DNA from: an uncultured Candidatus Saccharibacteria bacterium
Lineage (GTDB): Bacteria; Patescibacteriota; Minisyncoccia; Phycocordibacterales; CAIZLB01
NCBI GenBank assembly: GCA_964467385.1
Contig: CAYXQC010000004.1
Span: 9,429 to 73,428 of the forward strand
Reading direction: 5' to 3'
Length of the DNA: 64,000 nt
This document shows, piece by piece, positions 56,387 through 64,000 of the stretch. Each line of letters begins with the position of its first letter. The first letter of the stretch is position 1. The translations under genes were made by a program, and so were the position numbers. The notes beneath the pieces are model-generated. The model made no database searches, was not told the DNA's origin, and saw only the letters and a list, made by a program, of their open reading frames with translations.

Positions 56387-57484
56387 ATGAAAAAATTTGC
56401 ATTCCTAGTACACCCCCGAGATAACAGAGACTTCCTTCGAAGATTCCCTTATCTATCATTTTTACCTGAGCGAGTTTTAAGATTTATCACCCGTCACATG
56501 CCACCAGTCATCGTATCTCATATAACTGGTCTCAAAGATCGACAAGGAAACCCTGTCGACGGTATGATTATCGCTGTAACAATGACCGCTCGACAGATGA
56601 TGGAAGAGAGAGCCGCAGCGCTTAAGAAAATTATTCAAGCTTCTAAGTTCGCTGAAAAACGAGGCGTCGGTATTATAGGCTTCGGTGCTCTCACTGCTTC
56701 ACTCTCAAAGGGTGGGCTTGATGTTTTACCACATGTAAAGGAAATGGGTGTAACAACTGGCCGAATTTATACCATAAAGACAGTAACTGATTATGTTAAA
56801 AAATGCATTACTGATTTTGGATATGACCCGAGAAAAGTAAAACTTGCAGTAGTGGGCGCAGGTGGATCCATTGGTTCTGGTTGTGCCAAATTGCTTGCTG
56901 AGTACGGTGTAAAAAATATTCTCCTCATCGATGTACAAAAACGTGCTGATCATCTCAAAAAACAACTTGAACATCTTAGGGGTGTATATAGTGATCTAGA
57001 TATCGAGACATCTCATGCTATTTCTTCTATAAAAGGATGGGATGTTGTGATTACAGCTACAAACTCACCAGAAGCCGTGCTTTCAAGCGAAGATATTTCC
57101 CCTGGAACAATTATCGTAAATGATGCACAACCATCTGATGTACCACCTCATATTATCCGAGAGCGAGACGATATTCTAGTTATCGAAGGTGGAGTGATCA
57201 CAACACCGGGTATTAAGTGCAATTTTAATCTTGGTCTTGCAGATAGGGAAGATACATTCTGTTGTTTAGGTGAAATTCTTGTACTTGCACATAATCAAAA
57301 GTTTAACCACTTCACAGTTGGTGAAGCTGATATGACGTTATTACCAGAAATTATTGAAATGGAAAAAGAACTCGGATTCAGGATTGCAAAATTCCAAAAC
57401 TCTCCACAACGACACATCCCAGAATCACAAATCGAAAAAGTGAAGGAAATTATTCGTGCGCGAATCAAAATCGTACAGAGTTAG
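56387..57484 (+). CDS. Long-chain acyl-ACP reductase-like NAD(P)-dependent oxidoreductase
   Basis: FAFLVHP, PP, GFGALTAS, VTTG, VVGAGGSIG, DAQPSDV, EGG, FCCLGE. Confidence 0.7.
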   Translation: MKKFAFLVHPRDNRDFLRRFPYLSFLPERVLRFITRHMPPVIVSHITGLKDRQGNPVDGMIIAVTMTARQMMEERAAALKKIIQASKFAEKRGVGIIGFGALTASLSKGGLDVLPHVKEMGVTTGRIYTIKTVTDYVKKCITDFGYDPRKVKLAVVGAGGSIGSGCAKLLAEYGVKNILLIDVQKRADHLKKQLEHLRGVYSDLDIETSHAISSIKGWDVVITATNSPEAVLSSEDISPGTIIVNDAQPSDVPPHIIRERDDILVIEGGVITTPGIKCNFNLGLADREDTFCCLGEILVLAHNQKFNHFTVGEADMTLLPEIIEMEKELGFRIAKFQNSPQRHIPESQIEKVKEIIRARIKIVQS

Positions 57485-57585
57485 TTGAAATTACACAAAT
57501 ATAAGTATAGAAAATTACGTAAATTTAACCACTAAATAAAAGTCATAGTATAATAAACCTACACGGATAAACAAATCTTGAAATC

Positions 57586-59244
57586 ATGGATGCGATTACA
57601 CTATCACTTATCATAATTGCAATAATTAACGCTGCGTTGGGTTTTCTTCTTCTCTCCGATAGAAATAAATATCACGCGAGCAGTGTATATGCAATAAACG
57701 TGGTGATGATTTTGTCATGGGTTGGAGGTATTTTATTTTACCGATGGTCAAACCAAGAAGACATTGTAAATTGGACAAAGGCATTGTACACATCCGCAAC
57801 GCTTATCGCGAGTAGTTTTCTATATTTCACATACATTTTTCCTGAACGAGAAGGGTATTTCAGTTGGACAAAAAAAGTCTTGTTTGCATTGCCAAACATT
57901 ATTGTTGCTACGCTTGTTATTTGGACAGATAAGATAATCTCAGGGGCAACAGTTATGGTTGAGGAAGAGAATAAAATTAGTTTTGGCACATATTATCCGC
58001 TCTACATTCTCTATATCCTCTCGTATTTCATGTTTGGTTTTTATCGATTAATCATGAAGTATCGACGCATTACAGATAAAAGTCAAAAGCAGCAGATTAT
58101 TTTTGTACTGATCGGGTATATCATTTCTGCGAACATCAGCTTTATTACAAATCTGATCTTACCATGGTTTGGAATCTTTTATTTCAACTGGCTTGGCCAG
58201 GTTTCTACTGTAACCATGATTGCATTTGCAACCTACGCAATCATTGAGCATCAACTTTTTAACATTAAAGCTGTTGCTACTGAGCTTTTGATTGGTGTAC
58301 TCTGGATCTTCCTTCTTATTCGTACCATCCTCGCTGCAGATGCGACAGAACGATTCCTTAATGGTGGAATGTTCATTGTATCCATTATCCTTGGTTACTT
58401 CCTTATCCGAAGCGTCAAAAGTGAAATTGCACAACGAGAAAAGATTGAAAATTTGGCAAAAGAACTCGAGGATACCAACATTCACCTACAGGAACTTGAT
58501 CAGCAAAAGTCTGAATTCGTATCGCTCGCATCACATCAGCTTCGAGGTCCACTCACCGCAATTAGAGGGTATGCATCCATGCTTCTTGACGGTGACTTTG
58601 GGACCGTTCAGCCTGAAGCAAAAGATGCTATTGATAAAATTTTCGCCTCAACAAAAGATCTTCTCGTGGTGGTGGAAGATTATCTCAATGTTTCTCGAAT
58701 CGAACAGGGTAGGATGCAATATGACTACAGTGTATTTGATTTGCGTGAACTTGCCGCGACTGTTGTGACCGAACTTCGACCAAACATAGAACGTGCGCAT
58801 TTAAAAATTGACTATGACTATGACATGCATGGCGATTATCGAGTTAATGCAGACATCGGTAAAATCAAACAAGTTATAAGCAATTTGATAGACAATGCCA
58901 TCAAGTACACACCAACTGGAAGTATCCACGTGTGGTTGACACACGGTTCAAAGGAAACCCTATCCGCAGATCCTGCTCAGAACTCTACGCAGACTATGGA
59001 TATGTATCGAATTCTTCTTTGTATTTCTGATACTGGTGTAGGAATTTTACCAGAAGTTTTACCTCGTCTTTTTGAAAAATTCACCCGTGCACCCGACGCG
59101 TCAAAAACAAATATCATGGGAACAGGTCTCGGTTTATACGTTGCTAGAAAAATGATCGAAGCACATGGCGGAAAAATCTGGGCTGAATCAGCCGGAGCAG
59201 GCAAAGGCTCAACGTTCTTTATTGAGCTTAAGTGTGTTGAGTGA
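57586..59244 (+). CDS. 7TM sensor histidine kinase
   Basis: ASHQLRGPL, NLIDNAIKY, DTGVG, GTGLGL. Confidence 0.92.
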   Translation: MDAITLSLIIIAIINAALGFLLLSDRNKYHASSVYAINVVMILSWVGGILFYRWSNQEDIVNWTKALYTSATLIASSFLYFTYIFPEREGYFSWTKKVLFALPNIIVATLVIWTDKIISGATVMVEEENKISFGTYYPLYILYILSYFMFGFYRLIMKYRRITDKSQKQQIIFVLIGYIISANISFITNLILPWFGIFYFNWLGQVSTVTMIAFATYAIIEHQLFNIKAVATELLIGVLWIFLLIRTILAADATERFLNGGMFIVSIILGYFLIRSVKSEIAQREKIENLAKELEDTNIHLQELDQQKSEFVSLASHQLRGPLTAIRGYASMLLDGDFGTVQPEAKDAIDKIFASTKDLLVVVEDYLNVSRIEQGRMQYDYSVFDLRELAATVVTELRPNIERAHLKIDYDYDMHGDYRVNADIGKIKQVISNLIDNAIKYTPTGSIHVWLTHGSKETLSADPAQNSTQTMDMYRILLCISDTGVGILPEVLPRLFEKFTRAPDASKTNIMGTGLGLYVARKMIEAHGGKIWAESAGAGKGSTFFIELKCVE

Positions 59245-59381
59245 TTTGACCATTCTATTTTGATAAGCTAGCATATTGTAAATTTGTCAAGGATTTAGCA
59301 GAGACTTGCAAGCTTCGCTCGACCGAGACTAATCTCAGTTTTTTGAAATAGCAACCAATATAGAAAGAGAGGCAACAACTC

Positions 59382-60266
59382 ATGAAAGTAACAGATAGGC
59401 ATATAGTTATCGCACCACCAGCCTTTTTCGTCGAAGTGCTTTTGAAGGCTTTGGTAGATTTCCTGAAAAGCTTCGGCTATCAGGTCCATCTTGTCTCGTA
59501 CGAAAAAAATTGGTCAATGGAGGATTGTTACGAGAGTGTATGCAAAAAAGTCGAAGAAGTGGAACAGACTATCTTTGGCTATCCAAACGCACACTTTAGC
59601 AACATGAACCATCACATGGTTTACCTGATTGGCATCTCAAAAGGCGCTCCACTGGTTCACCGTCTTGCGCAATGTACACCAGGACGTTTCAGTGGAGTCA
59701 TGCTCTACAGCTCGCCATGGATGGGAGGTTGGCCAATTTGGTCGACACTGTTTACCATATTCCTTACATCAAGTTATTTTTGGCCGATCTTTAGAAAGAA
59801 AGGTCAGATTAGGCTTAAAGAGAAGGATGTCAGGAGCCTTCTTTATGGAGGTCAGGATGGTGGAGAGATCGAGAATCTGACCAAGATTGTTTCAGAATCG
59901 GGTCTGATTTACTATGAACTTTTGAAGGGTTCAATGTTGCCCAACATATACCCTGAACTTCGCTATGCAATCATCAGTGCCAGCAAGGAAAAATTTCACA
60001 GAAACAGTGCAAAGAAGCGCTTCAGCAAGAGGTGTGTGAATGCCTGCTACTGCGAGCTCGAAGGTTCACATTTTGGCTTGCTGGACGATCGTCTCTTTCT
60101 TGAATTCGTAGCAGGAGAAGTCTCCTGCGCGTTTTCAGGTAAGGGCCGTATTAAAGATGGAAACACCTCTTCCGACCCGAGAATTCCTGATGCAGATGAA
60201 TCAGACGTTGACGGTGATGCCCTTGTGGTGAATCGAAAATTCAGCGGATTCGTACGCGTTCCATAA
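59382..60266 (+). CDS. Alpha/beta hydrolase
   Basis: GISKG nucleophile elbow, GSH; own promoter (TTGACC-N17-TAGCAT, 59246-59274) and terminator (60295-60326). Confidence 0.7.
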   Translation: MKVTDRHIVIAPPAFFVEVLLKALVDFLKSFGYQVHLVSYEKNWSMEDCYESVCKKVEEVEQTIFGYPNAHFSNMNHHMVYLIGISKGAPLVHRLAQCTPGRFSGVMLYSSPWMGGWPIWSTLFTIFLTSSYFWPIFRKKGQIRLKEKDVRSLLYGGQDGGEIENLTKIVSESGLIYYELLKGSMLPNIYPELRYAIISASKEKFHRNSAKKRFSKRCVNACYCELEGSHFGLLDDRLFLEFVAGEVSCAFSGKGRIKDGNTSSDPRIPDADESDVDGDALVVNRKFSGFVRVP

Positions 60267-60432
60267 GACCAATCAGCTCAAAGCGACAACTCTCAAAGCA
60301 CTCAGATTAAACCCTGAGTGCTTTTTAAATTTTCAAATCAATTTTTTTTAAAAAAATTGAGCAAAATTTCACATATATCATACAGCGCAAAAAACTGGCA
60401 CAAAGTAGAAAAAATGCTACTATATTTACACT

Positions 60433-61434
60433 ATGTCAGACACACACACGCCGTCACAATCTAAAAAGATTCTCATATCCGGGATCAAATCTACTGGCCG
60501 ACCACATATTGGAAATTACTTTGGTGCCATGAAGCAATATATAGAAATGCAAGACCAATACGACACTCGTATTTTTATTGCAGACCTCCATTCACTCACT
60601 AGTATCCAAAACGGCGAGGAACTTGCCCAGTCGACACTCGATCTCGCCATAGACTATCTCGCAATCGGTCTTGATCCTGAAAAAGTGACCATTTTTAAAC
60701 AATCGGATCTCCCTGAAGTAGCTGAGCTCGGTTGGATTTTCAACTGTATTACAACTATGCCGTACTTGATGCGAGCACATGCGTTTAAGGATGCTGAGGC
60801 AAAAAACAAAGAGATCAATGTTGGTGTTTTTGATTATCCAATGCTTATGGCTGCTGATATTCTTATTCACAATGCTGACATTGTACCGGTTGGAAAAGAT
60901 CAAAAGCAGCACGTAGAATTTGCACGTGATACTGCTGAAAAATTTAACCGAATTTTCAAGGGCGATGGTAAATCATGTCCAGAAGGAGAAGAACTTTTTA
61001 AACTCCCTGAAGCAAGTATCATAGATGCAGTTGAAACTGTACCAGGTATTGATGGACAAAAAATGAGCAAAAGCTATAACAATCACATTCCATTGTTTTC
61101 AACAGACGAAGAATTAACAAAACTTGTGATGTCTATTGTGACTGATTCAAATGGTGGAGTGCCACAGAATGTATATAATATTCACAAACTTTTCCGAGAC
61201 GAAGGATATCTCAAAAAGCTATATAGTGAAAATGAAGGAAAGTACAAAGCACTCAAAGACGCACTTCTTGCTGACATGATCGCTTTCGTTAAACCACTTC
61301 GTGATCGACGGGCAGAAATTGCAAAAGATCCAGATGCTGTTCGAAAACTTCTTGCTCGAAACGGCGCAACAATGCGAGAACATACCCATGCGCTTATGTA
61401 TGAAGTACGAAAGGCTGTAGGGTTGATTGTTTAA
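60433..61434 (+). CDS. trpS: Tryptophan--tRNA ligase
   Basis: HIGN, YPMLMAADIL, VPVGKDQ, KMSKS. Confidence 0.98.
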   Translation: MSDTHTPSQSKKILISGIKSTGRPHIGNYFGAMKQYIEMQDQYDTRIFIADLHSLTSIQNGEELAQSTLDLAIDYLAIGLDPEKVTIFKQSDLPEVAELGWIFNCITTMPYLMRAHAFKDAEAKNKEINVGVFDYPMLMAADILIHNADIVPVGKDQKQHVEFARDTAEKFNRIFKGDGKSCPEGEELFKLPEASIIDAVETVPGIDGQKMSKSYNNHIPLFSTDEELTKLVMSIVTDSNGGVPQNVYNIHKLFRDEGYLKKLYSENEGKYKALKDALLADMIAFVKPLRDRRAEIAKDPDAVRKLLARNGATMREHTHALMYEVRKAVGLIV

Positions 61435-61581
61435 AAATCGAAAACCTACTAACTTGAAACCACCTTTTAAAATAGTCCTTTTTTTGCTATACTCTCCAGA
61501 TATTAAGAGCGACAAAAAAGGTACATCATCGTACTAAAAGATGCCGCACCAAGGCAACAAAAAGCCACATAAACCAAACCA

Positions 61582-63018
61582 ATGTCACAAAGAGTATTCA
61601 TTAGAGATCTGAAAACACACGAAGGTCAGGAAGTTACCATAAAGGGCTGGGTAGATGTCCGACGAGACCAGGGCAAGCTTATTTTCTTTGACTTTCGAGA
61701 CATGACAGGGAAGGTCCAGGGTGTGATTTTGCCAAATGCTACAGATGCACATGTAGTTGGCTCTACAGCACGGCCTGAATGGGTGGTTGAAGTTATTGGA
61801 AAAGTTAACCCTCGGCCCGAGCGAAACATACAGGCTGACAAACAAAATGGCGATATCGAGCTTGAAGTTCTCGGTATGAAAGTGTTGAATGAAGCAGAAA
61901 CGCCGCCATTTGATATTCACGCGGATACACGAGAGGTAAATGAAGAGACACGACTTAAGTATCGATATGTTGATCTTCGAGGGGAGCGCCTTCAGAAAAA
62001 TATTCGAAATCGTGCAAAGATTATTTCACATATTCGGAATTTTTTGGGCGGCATTGATTTTACAGAAATCGAAACACCACTCCTTACAAAATCAACTCCC
62101 GAAGGAGCACGAGACTACATCGTACCATCACGACTTGATCGTGGCCTCTTCTACGCACTCCCGCAATCTCCTCAGCAGTACAAACAACTTCTGATGTCAG
62201 CAGGCATAGAGCAGTATTTTCAGATCGCAAAATGCATGCGAGATGAAGACACACGAGGTGATCGACAGCCAGAATTCACACAACTCGACATGGAACTTTC
62301 TTTCGCAACAGAGGAAGAGATTATGGCGATTACGGAACAACTCCTTATCGAAATTGTAACAAAACTGTATCCTCACAAAAAGATTCAACAGATTCCATTC
62401 CCGCGAATCCCATACACTGAGGCAATGGCTAAATACAATATTGACCGACCAGATATTCGAGAAAATAAAGAAGATCCGAACTTACTGGCATTTTGCTGGG
62501 TTATTGATTTTCCATTCTTTGAGAAAAATGAAAAACAGAATGGTACAGGTGGAGGTGTGAGCCAGTGGACGTTTACCCACAATCCATTTTCAGCCGCAAA
62601 GCCTGATCATCATGAAAAATTGATGTCATCAAAAGCATCTGATACTGACCTCCAAACAATCACAGCTGCACAGTACGACATTGTATTGAATGGTTACGAA
62701 ATCGGCGGAGGAAGCGTACGAAATCATCAACCAGAAGCCCTCCTCAAAGTTTTTGAAATTATGGGTTACGACCGAGAAACGGTAGAGAAAAATTTTGCGC
62801 ATATGCTTCATGCATTTAGAAGTGGAACTCCTCCACATGGAGGCATTGCGTGGGGTCTCGATCGTCTGATCATGCTTCTTGAAAATGAGCCAAACATCCG
62901 CGAAGTGATCGCATTCCCAAAGACAGGTGAGGGTCGAGATCCAATGATGGAATCTCCAAGTGAAGTAAATCCTGACCAGCTACGAGACCTTGGGTTGGTT
63001 GTTAATAAAGGGAAATAA
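61582..63018 (+). CDS. aspS: Aspartate--tRNA ligase (short, GAD domain largely absent)
   Basis: STPEGARDY, LPQSPQ, DRQPEFTQLD, PPHGGIAWGLDR, IAFPK. Confidence 0.97.
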   Translation: MSQRVFIRDLKTHEGQEVTIKGWVDVRRDQGKLIFFDFRDMTGKVQGVILPNATDAHVVGSTARPEWVVEVIGKVNPRPERNIQADKQNGDIELEVLGMKVLNEAETPPFDIHADTREVNEETRLKYRYVDLRGERLQKNIRNRAKIISHIRNFLGGIDFTEIETPLLTKSTPEGARDYIVPSRLDRGLFYALPQSPQQYKQLLMSAGIEQYFQIAKCMRDEDTRGDRQPEFTQLDMELSFATEEEIMAITEQLLIEIVTKLYPHKKIQQIPFPRIPYTEAMAKYNIDRPDIRENKEDPNLLAFCWVIDFPFFEKNEKQNGTGGGVSQWTFTHNPFSAAKPDHHEKLMSSKASDTDLQTITAAQYDIVLNGYEIGGGSVRNHQPEALLKVFEIMGYDRETVEKNFAHMLHAFRSGTPPHGGIAWGLDRLIMLLENEPNIREVIAFPKTGEGRDPMMESPSEVNPDQLRDLGLVVNKGK

Positions 63019-63070
63019 ATTTCCCTTTAAGTTAAGCTGGGTCAGCAATAATGTAGTACAATATCTACAA

Positions 63071-63892
63071 ATGAATCCTGAACAGTCTACTGCAACAACT
63101 AATATACGAGCTACAGCGGCACCTACAGCCTCAAAAACCAACATCTTCACCATCAAGACCGAAGTCTTCGAGGGACCTCTTGACCTTTTGCTTACCCTTA
63201 TCGAAAAGCGCAAACTTTTCATAAATGATATTTCACTTGCAAAAGTAACAGATGAATACATCCAGTTTGTAAACAGATTAGGGGAATATTCTCTCAGCGA
63301 CCGAACTCAATTTATCTATATTGCATCGACACTACTTCTTGTAAAAGCAAAATCTCTCTTGCCGACCCTTAACCTAACTGAAGAGGAGCAGAGCGATGTA
63401 AAAGATCTCGAGCGACGATTGAAAGAACTTGAAATGATGCGACGAGCCAGCGAAACCATTCAAAAACTTTTTGGCGCACAATATATTTTTCCACGAGGAG
63501 GATTTGACGGAAATTTTAAAACAGAAATACCTGAACTTTTTGTGCCAAGCAAAGACCTGTCTTTGTCGAGTCTCACTGATGCCATAAGTCGAGTACTGAC
63601 TTCATTGCCAAAAAAGGCTCCAACAGCTCCAAAAGTAACAGTTAGAAAAACTATCAGCCTTGAGGAAATGATCGGCCGCCTAACTGACCGAATTAAAACC
63701 GCCGTTAAAATGAGCTTTAGAGAATTTAGTGGCCACACAAAGGTAAATAAAGAGGAGCGAGTCCATGTCATTGTAAGTTTCTTGGCAATGCTCGAACTTG
63801 TAAAACAAGGAGTACTCGATGCACACCAAGAAGGCTTATTCGACGAGATCCATATGGAGACAGGGGAAGTTGGGGTGCCACGGTATCATTAA
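63071..63892 (+). CDS. scpA: Segregation/condensation protein A
   Basis: FEGPLDLLL, FLAMLELVK. Confidence 0.95.
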   Translation: MNPEQSTATTNIRATAAPTASKTNIFTIKTEVFEGPLDLLLTLIEKRKLFINDISLAKVTDEYIQFVNRLGEYSLSDRTQFIYIASTLLLVKAKSLLPTLNLTEEEQSDVKDLERRLKELEMMRRASETIQKLFGAQYIFPRGGFDGNFKTEIPELFVPSKDLSLSSLTDAISRVLTSLPKKAPTAPKVTVRKTISLEEMIGRLTDRIKTAVKMSFREFSGHTKVNKEERVHVIVSFLAMLELVKQGVLDAHQEGLFDEIHMETGEVGVPRYH

Positions 63893-64000
63893 TTTACCCA
63901 CAAAAACCCTCCTAAAAAGGGCCTATAAAGCCCTAGGATATGCTAGTATAGGAAACATACATATCTGCACGCCTAGGCGCGATTTTTAGTAGCTACAGGA

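Noticed and set aside
60295-60326. CIRCE-like AGCACTC...GAGTGCT inverted repeat
   Set aside because: The spacer is 12 nt rather than 9, it is followed by a T-run right after a gene end, and it is far from grpE/dnaK. It is a terminator.

Overview
AT-rich bacterial chromosome segment, most likely Patescibacteria/CPR (Parcubacteria-like). This rests on the short AlaS, the sigma4+HARE-HTH protein, the FtsA-like/baseplate-J-like gene pair, the DUF5667 anti-sigma, a CCA-less tRNA and genes that appear leaderless. Most of the window is housekeeping: nrdAB with a class Ic-type R2, two mltG, an ECF sigma/anti-sigma pair, zwf, three 7TM histidine kinases, ychF, leuS, mnmA, pepF, alaS, infA-rpmJ-rpsM-rpsK-rpsD-rpoA-rplQ-rplM-rpsI, grpE-dnaK-dnaJ, trpS, aspS and scpA. 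The most unusual region is 1.6-6.6 kb. tRNA-Ala(TGC) is followed by a tandem array of single-gene cassettes (promoter, often a boxA-like motif and long hairpin leader, one small ORF, terminator). The cassettes are separated by GTCCAC cores equal to the tRNA 3' end. Four cores are preceded by a ~70-bp arm that encodes an antisense peptide (VDFxxxxxNQxxKEL..I) and places a GGTTC motif exactly 5 bp further from the core than in the tRNA, which is the attP-versus-attB geometry of large serine recombinases. I infer an integron-like cassette array served in trans, since no recombinase gene is in the window. Cargo includes a sigma-region-4-like protein, and an RNAP alpha-CTD-like protein lies in a similar unit just downstream. 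An IS481 sits exactly at one core. Several unexplained highly structured intergenic RNAs are also present. All calls were made by eye, without database searches.
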